Made by a program: the position numbers and the translations under genes. DNA of 18,053 bases from Armatimonadota bacterium (GTDB lineage Bacteria > Armatimonadota > UBA10988). The notes under the pieces were generated by a model that saw only the letters and a list, made by a program, of their open reading frames with translations, was not told the origin of the DNA and ran no database searches. The stretch's first letter is position 1. The number at the start of each line of letters is the position of its first letter. Location: NCBI GenBank assembly GCA_016235455.1, contig JACRKZ010000162.1:1-18053 (forward strand). The letters are read 5' to 3'. This document shows positions 7,298 to 15,378 of this stretch, piece by piece.

Positions 7298-8728
7298 CTA
7301 GCGTTTGCGGCCGCGCGGTCGCCGGTCGTCTTCATCCTCGCGTCGCGCTCGGAACTTGCAGCGCAACGGTGTGCCCTCGAAGTTGTACACCTCCCGCAGC
7401 CGGTTCTCGATGAACCGCTCGGTGGAGAAGTGGACCAGTTCCGGGTCGTTGACGAAGAACACGAACGTCGGCGGCTTCACCCGCGGCTGGGTGGCATACA
7501 TGACCTTGAGCCGCTTGCCGTGGTGTTGCTGGGGATGCGCGTCCAGCACTTCGCGGAGCAGTTGGTTCAGCTCGGGCGTGCCGACGCGGAAGGCGTGATG
7601 TTCGGCCACCAGCGCCGTCTCCTCGAGCACCTTGTCCACGCCGCCGGCGAGCTTGGCGTTGGTGTAGATGACCGGTGCATACTGGCAGAACGGCAGCTCG
7701 ATGCGCATGGCCTTGGCGTACTCGCGCGGGGCGGAACGCTTGTCCGCGCGGAACAGCCGACGGTCCATCTCGTCGTCCAGCTTGCGCTCGTAGTTGCGGC
7801 GGTCGTCCAGGTAGGCCAGCAACTGGTCCCACTTGTTGACCACCAGCACCAAGCCCTTGCCGGCCTTCTCGGCCATGCCGGCGATGCGCTTGTCCTGGTC
7901 GGTGATGCCTTCGATGGCGTCGATGACCAGCACGGTCACGTCGCAGCGCTCAATTGCGTCGATGGCGCGCAGCACACTGTAGTATTCCAGCGCCTGATGC
8001 ACCTTGGCCTTGCGGCGGATGCCGGCGGTGTCGATGAGCATGTACTCCTGGCCGCCGCGCTCGAACCGCGTGTCGATGGCGTCGCGCGTGGTGCCGGAGA
8101 TATCGGAGACGATGACGCGCTCTTCGCCCAGGATGGCGTTGACCAGGCTGGACTTGCCGACGTTCGGGCGGCCGACCACGGCGATCTTGATCGTCGAGTC
8201 GTCGTCCTCCTCCTCGCCTTCCTCTTCCTGCGCGGGCATCAGGTCGAACAGGCGCTCAAGCAGGTCACCCACCTGGGTGCCGTGCAGCGCCGAGATGGGC
8301 AATGGCTCACCCAGCAGCAGCTCCCAGGCGGCGTCGATGTCGGCCTTCTTGAAGCTCTCGAGCTTGTTGGCGACCAGGACGATGGGCTTGCCGCTGAGGC
8401 GCAGGCGCTCGGCGATCTCGTGGTCGACCAGGCTGATGCCCTCCTGGCCGTCGAGCAGGAAAATGATGATGTCGGCTTCGTCGATGGCCAGTTCGCTCTG
8501 TGCCGCCGCGGCCGCGCTCAGGTCATCCTTGAAGGCATCGTCGAGCCCGCCCGTGTCGATCAGGCGGAAGGTCTTGCCGAAGGCTTCGCCCTCGCCGTAC
8601 AGGCGGTCACGCGTGACGCCGGGCATGTCGTCGACAAGCGCGTGCTTGGAGTGCGTCATTCGGTTGAAGAGCACGCTCTTGCCCACGTTGGGCCGGCCGA
8701 CAATAGCTACGATGGGGAGGGACTGCAT
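7298..8728 (-). CDS. der: Ribosome biogenesis GTPase Der (EngA)
   Basis: Two G domains (GRPNVGKS twice, GVTRD/GTTRD, DTGG/DTAG, NKLE/NKWD), an acidic linker and a KH-like C-terminus (KVMYATQ...PPTF...FEGTP). Confidence 0.98.
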   Translation of the reverse strand: MQSLPIVAIVGRPNVGKSVLFNRMTHSKHALVDDMPGVTRDRLYGEGEAFGKTFRLIDTGGLDDAFKDDLSAAAAAQSELAIDEADIIIFLLDGQEGISLVDHEIAERLRLSGKPIVLVANKLESFKKADIDAAWELLLGEPLPISALHGTQVGDLLERLFDLMPAQEEEGEEEDDDSTIKIAVVGRPNVGKSSLVNAILGEERVIVSDISGTTRDAIDTRFERGGQEYMLIDTAGIRRKAKVHQALEYYSVLRAIDAIERCDVTVLVIDAIEGITDQDKRIAGMAEKAGKGLVLVVNKWDQLLAYLDDRRNYERKLDDEMDRRLFRADKRSAPREYAKAMRIELPFCQYAPVIYTNAKLAGGVDKVLEETALVAEHHAFRVGTPELNQLLREVLDAHPQQHHGKRLKVMYATQPRVKPPTFVFFVNDPELVHFSTERFIENRLREVYNFEGTPLRCKFRARREDEDDRRPRGRKR

Positions 8729-8737
8729 ATCCAGGCG

Positions 8738-8766
8738 ATCCTAACCCCGTATGGGTAGGCCGTCAA
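8738..8766 (-). promoter_or_regulatory. Sigma70-type promoter of the der operon: TTGACG-N17-TAGGAT
   Basis: -35 at 8761-8766 and -10 at 8738-8743 with an exact 17-nt spacer; 9 nt to the ATG. Confidence 0.7.
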
Positions 8767-8789
8767 CCTCGGCTGGTGACGCGCTTGGG

Positions 8790-9641
8790 TCATTGAACGC
8801 TGTTCAAGGCCTTCCACCTGGCCATCGAGCGCGCCAGATGGTCCTCGGGTGGGTCCATGATGCCGTAGGTGTGGAGCACCATCGGACCGCGGTAGCCGTG
8901 CGCAGCCAGCGCCTTCAGGAAGGGCCGCACGTCGAACGTGCCACGGTCGAGCGGCATGATGGCCGTCTCCCAGCCGCCGGTGTGCATGAGTTCCGCGCTG
9001 GCGCCGCTGACCGAGGCCAGTGTCAGCAGCGGCGCCACCTTGGCCACCACCTCGTCCAGCCGGTTCTCGTTGCCGGCCTTTAGCTCGTGGCACAAGTGGA
9101 TCGACAGCCTGACCTCCGGCCGCTCCATGGCCTGCCAGACCTCCAGCGCCGATTCGGCATCATCGAAGGTGCAGCCCTGGTGGGGGTAGAGGACCAAGGG
9201 CACGCCGGCGGGCTTGGCGCGGTCGGCGACCGCGCGCAGAAAGGTCACCGCTGCCGGTCGCTCGGCCGCGGTGCCGTCGACCACCACCCACAGGCTCGCG
9301 CCCAGCCGGTGGAGCCCGGCCAGCACGTCGTCGAGCCAGGCGGCATCGACCTGGCGCTGCTCGGGGCCTACCCACCACAGCGCGGCCCACACGCGGAACT
9401 CGCCGCTGGCCACCTGGGGCACCTCGGCAAACGAGCGCAGCAGGTCGGCGCTGAGGCCGCTGCACGCCATGCCCTGGTAGCCGAGCCGGCTCAGCAGGGC
9501 CACCTGCTCGGCGGCGGGCCGCTGGTCGAAGGTGAAGTTGAAGGAGCCGAACGGGCTGGTCGGCGGGGCGGGTGGGTCAGCGGCCATGGCAGCGCTCAGC
9601 GCGGTCAGGATCGACACGGCCCAGAAGGTACGGCAGGTCAT
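8790..9641 (-). CDS. Secreted sugar phosphate isomerase/epimerase-like (xylose isomerase-like TIM barrel) protein
   Basis: Signal peptide MTCRTFWAVSILTALSAAMA-A. Motifs LVLYPH, IHLCHELK, IMPLDRGTFD and GYRGPMVL match the AP_endonuc_2-type barrel layout. Confidence 0.8.
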   Translation of the reverse strand: MTCRTFWAVSILTALSAAMAADPPAPPTSPFGSFNFTFDQRPAAEQVALLSRLGYQGMACSGLSADLLRSFAEVPQVASGEFRVWAALWWVGPEQRQVDAAWLDDVLAGLHRLGASLWVVVDGTAAERPAAVTFLRAVADRAKPAGVPLVLYPHQGCTFDDAESALEVWQAMERPEVRLSIHLCHELKAGNENRLDEVVAKVAPLLTLASVSGASAELMHTGGWETAIMPLDRGTFDVRPFLKALAAHGYRGPMVLHTYGIMDPPEDHLARSMARWKALNSVQ

Positions 9642-9676
9642 GGGTCTACGTCCAGTGTCAGGTCACGTTGGTGCGT

Positions 9677-9726
9677 AGTATGGAGGCTTGGCCCGCTTGA
9701 CACAAGCACCCGATTGAGACTACGGT
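9677..9726. promoter_or_regulatory. Putative overlapping divergent promoters
   Basis: Plus strand: TTGACA (9697-9702)-N18-TACGGT (9721-9726) towards the ATPase. Minus strand: TTGTGT (9700-9705)-N17-CATACT (9677-9682) towards the isomerase-like gene. Confidence 0.45.
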
Positions 9727-9740
9727 TGGCGGCGACCAGG

Positions 9741-11501
9741 ATGCCCCCATTGTCCGAACGAACGCCCGTCAATAAGGAACACCGGCTCGGCACCATTCTC
9801 GTCGGTCGCGGGGCTATCGACGCCGCGCAACTCGAGGAGGCGCTGCATGGGCTGCCCGGCGACGGGAGTCGCCGTCTCGGTGAACGGCTGACGGCACTGG
9901 GCTACTGCTCGACGGCCGATGTGGCCGCCGCCCTGGCCGAGCAGTACAACCTGCCACTGCAGCCGCTGCGCGACGTGCCGCTGACCCACGATGTGCTGCG
10001 ACGCGTGCCCGCCGAGTTCGCCGTGCGCAACAACGTGCTGCCCCTGGCGCTGCGCGACAACGTGCTCATCCTGGCCGTGGCCGATCCCGGCAACCTCATG
10101 GCGCTCGACGATTTGCGGTTGGTCACCAAGCTGGCCCTGCGCATCGTCGTGGCCGACAGCGAGGAGTTGCGTCGCCTGGTCGAGGACAGCTACCTGCGGG
10201 AGATCCTCGCCGCCGAGGCCGAGGCCGGTGAGACCGGCGTCGAAGTGCTCGAGCAGCGCGAAGAAGACATCGGCGACATCGAGAACCTGGCCGGTCAGGC
10301 GCTGGTGGTGCAGTTGGTCAACATGATGTTGCGCCAGGCCGTGGCCGAGCGCGCCAGCGACATCCACATCGAACCGTTCGAGAACGACCTGCGCATCCGG
10401 TTCCGCATCGACGGCGTGCTGCGCAGCGTGGCGCCGCCGTCCAAGCGCCTGCAGGCGGCCATCTGCTCGCGCATCAAGATCATGGCCGACATGAACATCG
10501 CCGAGCGCCGCCTGCCCCAGGATGGCCGCATCAAGATCCGGGTGGCGGGTCGGCAGATCGACCTGCGCATCTCCACGCTACCCACGCTGTACGGTGAGAG
10601 CGTGGTCATTCGCCTCCTCGACCGCGACTCGCAGAGCGTCGACCTGGGCGCCATGGGTTTCCCCGTCGACGCTCTGGCTCGCTTCCGGCGCATGCTGACC
10701 GTGTCCTATGGCATCATCCTGGCCACCGGCCCCACCGGCTCGGGCAAGACGACGACGCTGTATGCCGCGCTCCAGGAGGTGTCGTCGCCGGCGCGCAAGG
10801 TCATCACCATCGAAGACCCGGTCGAGTACCAACTGCCCGGCATCAATCAGATGCATGTGCACGCCAAGATCGGCCTGACCTTCGCCGAAGGGCTACGCAC
10901 CATCCTGCGCCAGGACCCGGACGTCATCATGGTTGGCGAGATCCGCGACGAGGAGACGGCGGACATTGCCATCCATGCCGCCCTGACCGGCCACCTGGTC
11001 TTCTCCACGCTGCACACCAACGACAGCGCGGGCGCCGTGGCGCGGCTGTGCGACATGGGCATCGAGCCATTCCTGGTGGCCAGCAGCCTGGAAGGCGTGG
11101 TGGCCCAGCGGTTGGTGCGGCGGCTCTGCCCCAAGTGCCGCGAGGCCTACAAGCCGTCGTCCGCCGAACTGCGTGAGCTGGGTTCCGCGGCGTCGTCCTA
11201 CAAGGGCGCCCCGTTCTACCGCGCCACCGGATGCAACGAGTGCCGCGGCACCGGCTACCGCGGTCGGGTCGGTCTGTTCGAACTGCTGGTGGTGGACGAA
11301 CTGATCCAGGACAAGCTCGTGTCGCGCGCCTCGTCGGCCGACATCAAGGAGGCCGCCGTGAGCCGCGGTATGGTGACGCTGCGCGAGGAGGGCTGGCGCA
11401 AGGTGGCCGAAGGCGTCACCACCGCCGACGAAGTGGCCCGCGTCACGCACGAGGACGAGGCCGCGCTGGGCGTGGGCGAGGACGACTCGAAGGCGGGCTG
11501 A
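9741..11501 (+). CDS. GspE/PulE/PilB family secretion/pilus assembly ATPase with N-terminal MshEN-like domain
   Basis: Motifs ASDIHIEP, IAERRLPQDGR, Walker A GPTGSGKTTT, TIEDPVEY, LRQDPDVIMVGEIRD, TGHLVFSTLHTND and Zn motif CPKC...CNEC. The start is estimated at ATG 9741; the 9087 start is an antisense shadow of the neighbouring gene. Confidence 0.95.
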   Translation: MPPLSERTPVNKEHRLGTILVGRGAIDAAQLEEALHGLPGDGSRRLGERLTALGYCSTADVAAALAEQYNLPLQPLRDVPLTHDVLRRVPAEFAVRNNVLPLALRDNVLILAVADPGNLMALDDLRLVTKLALRIVVADSEELRRLVEDSYLREILAAEAEAGETGVEVLEQREEDIGDIENLAGQALVVQLVNMMLRQAVAERASDIHIEPFENDLRIRFRIDGVLRSVAPPSKRLQAAICSRIKIMADMNIAERRLPQDGRIKIRVAGRQIDLRISTLPTLYGESVVIRLLDRDSQSVDLGAMGFPVDALARFRRMLTVSYGIILATGPTGSGKTTTLYAALQEVSSPARKVITIEDPVEYQLPGINQMHVHAKIGLTFAEGLRTILRQDPDVIMVGEIRDEETADIAIHAALTGHLVFSTLHTNDSAGAVARLCDMGIEPFLVASSLEGVVAQRLVRRLCPKCREAYKPSSAELRELGSAASSYKGAPFYRATGCNECRGTGYRGRVGLFELLVVDELIQDKLVSRASSADIKEAAVSRGMVTLREEGWRKVAEGVTTADEVARVTHEDEAALGVGEDDSKAG

Positions 11502-11515
11502 GCGGTGTGGCGGTC

Positions 11516-11532
11516 CGGCACTGGCGGTGCCG
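11516..11532. terminator. Short hairpin between convergent genes
   Basis: cggcac-tggcg-gtgccg in the 39-nt gap; no U-tract. Confidence 0.25.
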
Positions 11533-11540
11533 ATCCCGAT

Positions 11541-12884
11541 TCACACCTCGGGGTGCACCCAGGGCGCACGATAGCTCCGCCGCAGCAGTCGGTTGGCTTC
11601 GTCGTCACCGACCACGCGCCGGGTCGCGGCATCCCAGGTCAGCGTGCGGCCAAGCTGCGCGGACACGTTGGCCAGGATGCACGAGGCGCTGGAGACCGCA
11701 CCCTCCTCGATGTCGCTAACCGGTCGGCCGCGCGTACCCATGCAGTCGAGCAGGTTGCGCATGTGCCCGCGCAGGGCCGGCGCCACATGGCGTTCCAGGT
11801 CCCTCTCCGTGCGGTCCTCGGGGTACTTGTCGAGCTCGTACGCCACGTCGCGATGGACTGCCTCGCCGTCGCGGGTCGGCGCGAAATCGTAGCTCTGCAC
11901 ACTGGCGCGGAGCGTGCCGCGGTCGCCATAGAGCGTGGCGCCCCAGGCGTACTTGGGGTCGGGCGGAGCGCCCCAGGTGCGGTGCTGCCAGAGGATCTGC
12001 AGGTTGCCGTAGTCGAACGTCACGGTCTGCGTGTCGCTGATGTTGGCCAGGCCATCGCTCTGGTAGGTGCCGGCGGTGGAACTGATGCGGCGCGGCCAGC
12101 CCAGGTCGAGCATCCAGCGCACCATGTCGAACATGTGCACTGCCATATCGCCCACGATGCCGTTGCCGTACTCCATGAACGCGCGCCAGCCGCGCGGATG
12201 CACCATGCTCGTATACGGCCGCATCGGTGCCGGACCGGTCCACATCTCCCAGTCCAGATAGTCTGGCGGCGTCTGCGCCGGGGGGTTGCCGCGGGCGCGC
12301 ATGTGGTAGTAGCTGTAGATTTCCACCAGGCTCACGGTGCCCAGCCGACCCGCCTTGACGACGTCATTGCGCGCCTCGATCAGGTGCGGCGTGCTGCGCC
12401 GCTGCAGGCCCACCTGCACCACGCGCTTGGCCGCGCGCGCGGCGGCCAGCATGGCCTCGCACTCCACCACATCGACGCCGATGGGCTTCTGCACGTAGAC
12501 GTCGGCGCCTGACTTGACCGCCTCGATCATCTGCAGCGCGTGCCAATGGTCGGGCGTGCCGATGAGCACCAGGTCCAGGTCTTTCTCGGCCAGCAGCTTG
12601 CGGTAGTCGCCGTAGGTGCGCGGTCGCTTCTTGGAGGCTTGGCGCGCGGCCACCTGGTCGGCGGCGTCGGCCAGCATGCGCTGGTCCACATCGCACAGCG
12701 AGACCACCTCGGCGGGCGTTACCTGGAGCAGGCGGAACAGGTCGACTTTGCCGTACCAGCCGCAGCCGATGAGGGCGACGCGCGGGGGCTTGGCCGGCGG
12801 GTCCTGGGCCAGGCCGGCCACTTGCGACAAGGCCAGGCCGGCGAGTGCGGTTCCCGAAGTCTGCAGCGCTTCACGGCGGGTCAT
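11541..12884 (-). CDS. Gfo/Idh/MocA family oxidoreductase with Tat signal
   Basis: TRREALQ twin-arginine signal, Rossmann IGCGWYG, GTPDHWH, VYVQKP, QVGLQRRS, LDWEMWTGPAP and GDMAVHMFD. AGGAG precedes ATG 12884, favouring it over 12914, where TATGCT may instead be a -10 box. Confidence 0.92.
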   Translation of the reverse strand: MTRREALQTSGTALAGLALSQVAGLAQDPPAKPPRVALIGCGWYGKVDLFRLLQVTPAEVVSLCDVDQRMLADAADQVAARQASKKRPRTYGDYRKLLAEKDLDLVLIGTPDHWHALQMIEAVKSGADVYVQKPIGVDVVECEAMLAAARAAKRVVQVGLQRRSTPHLIEARNDVVKAGRLGTVSLVEIYSYYHMRARGNPPAQTPPDYLDWEMWTGPAPMRPYTSMVHPRGWRAFMEYGNGIVGDMAVHMFDMVRWMLDLGWPRRISSTAGTYQSDGLANISDTQTVTFDYGNLQILWQHRTWGAPPDPKYAWGATLYGDRGTLRASVQSYDFAPTRDGEAVHRDVAYELDKYPEDRTERDLERHVAPALRGHMRNLLDCMGTRGRPVSDIEEGAVSSASCILANVSAQLGRTLTWDAATRRVVGDDEANRLLRRSYRAPWVHPEV

Positions 12885-12930
12885 GGGTACGGCGCTCCTG
12901 GTCGCGCCTAGCATACACCATCACCCAAAC

Positions 12931-12974
12931 CACCAGGAGTCTCGCGGAGCCGAAGCTCCGCGAGACTCCCGGTG
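12931..12974 (-). terminator. Strong stem-loop, probable terminator of the prepilin-like gene
   Basis: A perfect 15-bp stem (12936-12950/12955-12969) with a c(UUCG)g loop on the - strand extends to 20 bp via a G-U pair. It lies ~20 nt after the stop and is followed by GTTTG. Confidence 0.75.
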
Positions 12975-12993
12975 TTGTGTGCCGCGGTCACCT

Positions 12994-13659
12994 TCAGGTC
13001 TGCGGGAAGGGCCAGGTCACGTAGAAGCAGGCCTGCCCGTTCCACAGGCTGTAGCCGGGCAACTGCGCATATGGGCCGCCCTGCTTGCCCGGCATCGACT
13101 TCACATGGCCATCCGCGAAGGCGATGTTGGTCATGTCGTTGTGCCGATAGCGGCAGTAGCAGTCATTCGTGGCCGCCCAGATCTCGTGGCCGTAATACCA
13201 GCTGCCGTCGCCGCCCATGCCCGAGTAGCGCTCGAGGACCAGGGCCGCGCTGGCCGGGGCCGGAATGGCCGCCAGGTTGGTGCTCATCACGTTGTGCGCC
13301 ATGCCGTAAGAGCGGCGCGTCGGCCCACCGTAGAAGGTGATGTTCGGCCGCCCGGTCTCACTGTCGCTCGGGCAGGCCAGGATCTGGCTGCTCTTGATGT
13401 ACGGCGACAGCTGCGTGTCCCAGGTCACGGTCGTGGTGCCGACCAGCGCACCCGTGTACGACTGCGGGAAGGTCTCGTCGTAGTCCTGCACGTAGGCCAT
13501 GAAGCCCAAGCCCATCTGCTTCATATTGGAGGTGCAGCTCGACTGCCGCGCCTTCTCGCGCGCCTTGGCGAAGACCGGGAACAGGATCGCCGCCAGGATC
13601 GCGATGATCGCGATCACCACCAGCAACTCGATCAGCGTGAATCCTCGTCGTCGGGCCAT
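12994..13659 (-). CDS. Prepilin-type N-terminal cleavage/methylation domain protein, DUF1559 / H-X9-DG family
   Basis: RRG^[42 protein letters not shown]...YVQDYDE, ILACPSD and [16 protein letters not shown]. Confidence 0.95.
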   Translation of the reverse strand: MARRRGFTLIELLVVIAIIAILAAILFPVFAKAREKARQSSCTSNMKQMGLGFMAYVQDYDETFPQSYTGALVGTTTVTWDTQLSPYIKSSQILACPSDSETGRPNITFYGGPTRRSYGMAHNVMSTNLAAIPAPASAALVLERYSGMGGDGSWYYGHEIWAATNDCYCRYRHNDMTNIAFADGHVKSMPGKQGGPYAQLPGYSLWNGQACFYVTWPFPQT

Positions 13660-13932
13660 TACGTCTACTCCGGGAGTACGGCGCGCCGGCCCAACCGTCT
13701 TCGAGCCTCAGCCGCCGCATCTCACTTGGCAAGCAGGCTAACAGTGCGATGTGATACGCTCGTCACGCTTATGTTTCGTGATCGGAAATGATGGAGCAGA
13801 CGTGTGCTATCGGCCCGATGGGGGCTTCAGGCCAGGGCCAGGGCCGGAGGGGTGGCCAAGTGGCAAGGCTGACGAAATGTTGATGAAACACCTGGCGCCC
13901 CTCGACGGGGCGGCGTGGGCTGGCCATGCTTC

Positions 13933-15378
13933 TCACCAGCGCGCCGACCGATGGGCGCGCCACGGCGCCGGCTGCGCATCCAGCGTCCACACGCGGTTGG
14001 TGTGAGGCAGGACCTCGATGAAGCGCGTGCCCGGCGGCACGCCGGCGGCCTGCGCCTGGTCGGGCGATTCGCTGGGGTCGAGTTGCACCACGAACCCGCT
14101 AGCCATGTCGGCGCGGTGCACGCGGTAGAGCACGAGCTGCTGCGCGAGCACGCGGGACAGGCGCAGGGCCAGCCACGAGAACAGCAGGCTGGCCAGCAGG
14201 TAGCTGGGCTGGCCGGTGACGCCCAGCCACATGGTGCGGATCGACTGGACGGCCATGAGCGCCGTGACCACGCCGCCGCCGTACCACCGTAGAGGACGCG
14301 CCATGCCGCGCAGTTCGATCAGCTCCTCGGGGGTCAGGGCCCGCCGGTTGAGGCGCATGGTCCGCCCGTTGTCCAGCGTGGTCGGCTCCATGAACTGCGC
14401 GGCCATCTCGGCGCTGGCCGGCGTCGGCGCCACGGCGGCCACGCCGACCAGTTCGCGGTCACGTGCCAGGTAGCCGTCTACGGCCCAGATCAGCCCGCCG
14501 TCGAGGACCTGGAGGCTCAGGTGCGGCCCTTCGGGGTTGCGCTGGGCGAAGGCGCTGAGCGTGCCGCCCGACCACGCCGGTCGCAGCGCCGCGGCCCAGC
14601 GGCGGTGCTCCAGCGCCGCCACCCAGCCGACCACCCACGCCACCACGCCGGCCAGCGCGGCGCCCACCGCCCAGGGCTCGCCCTGCCGCATGGCCAGTGC
14701 CAGCGCCACGGTGGTGTAGGCGGGCGGGAGGAGCAGGTAGGTCCAGAAGCGCGCGCGATGGCCGGCCAGCCGCTGTGCCAGATGGTCGCGCTCGGCGGCG
14801 CTGAGTGGGCGCGTGGCCACGCGCGGCATGCCCAGGCACCACAGCCCGCTGCCGTCGGCCGCGCTGTCCTCGGGCCACCATGGCGGCTCGCGGCGCACCT
14901 GCGGGCCGAAGCGCAGAGTCAGGTGCCGGCTCAGTTGGGCGTCGGGCGCCAGACTGCGCGACGGCTCGCCATCCACCAGGATCACCCGGCCGTCGAGAAG
15001 CGCCTCGGCCCGGTGGCGCCCCCTACACTCGCCGTCGCCTGTGGGCACGAGTCCTTCGAAGCAGTACACCCACGCGCCCCGCAGCCGCCTGGCGCTGCGC
15101 CACATCGGCGACAGCAAGCCCACCGCCACGGCCAGCATCAGCGCGGAGGACACCAGCGGGTTGGGGTCGTCGGGCGGCGACTGGATGGCGTGGACCACGG
15201 CGCCGATGGCCAGGAACGCGGCCCAGCCCAGCCAGCCGCGACCGGCCGCCCACACCAGGCGGCTGGCTTCGTGGTCGGCGAGCGGCCGTCTGCCGACCAA
15301 CGGCAGGCTGGCCACCGACAGGCGCGGGTCGGCGACGGAGCGGTCGAGTGGGTCTGTCGGGTCGGGCGGTGCGCTCAA
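13933..15378 (-). CDS. Hypothetical multi-pass membrane protein with three internal repeats
   Basis: The TTG start overlaps the upstream stop (TTGA) and has SD GGAGAG. Three pairs of hydrophobic segments, each preceded by R.L...E...L. Confidence 0.75.
   Translation of the reverse strand: MSAPPDPTDPLDRSVADPRLSVASLPLVGRRPLADHEASRLVWAAGRGWLGWAAFLAIGAVVHAIQSPPDDPNPLVSSALMLAVAVGLLSPMWRSARRLRGAWVYCFEGLVPTGDGECRGRHRAEALLDGRVILVDGEPSRSLAPDAQLSRHLTLRFGPQVRREPPWWPEDSAADGSGLWCLGMPRVATRPLSAAERDHLAQRLAGHRARFWTYLLLPPAYTTVALALAMRQGEPWAVGAALAGVVAWVVGWVAALEHRRWAAALRPAWSGGTLSAFAQRNPEGPHLSLQVLDGGLIWAVDGYLARDRELVGVAAVAPTPASAEMAAQFMEPTTLDNGRTMRLNRRALTPEELIELRGMARPLRWYGGGVVTALMAVQSIRTMWLGVTGQPSYLLASLLFSWLALRLSRVLAQQLVLYRVHRADMASGFVVQLDPSESPDQAQAAGVPPGTRFIEVLPHTNRVWTLDAQPAPWRAHRSARW

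Noticed and set aside
3048-8758. Long + strand ORFs (3048-4523, 4228-5208, 5803-7161, 7127-8758) and similar ones at 11505-12512, 12616-13791 and 16452-17657
   Set aside because: They lie opposite well-supported genes, have no recognisable motifs, and are expected shadow ORFs at this GC content.
9087-9740. 804-aa version of the ATPase in the ORF track
   Set aside because: The first ~218 aa are the antisense shadow of the 8790-9641 gene plus the intergenic promoter region; family similarity starts at the RLG motif.
12931-12974. Hairpin as a REP/MITE or CRISPR repeat
   Set aside because: It is single-copy in the window, and its position just after a stop codon fits a terminator.
13820-13853. 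Four G-runs (possible G-quadruplex) and a ggccag tandem in the intergenic region
   Set aside because: Such runs are common by chance at this GC content, and there is no independent support.
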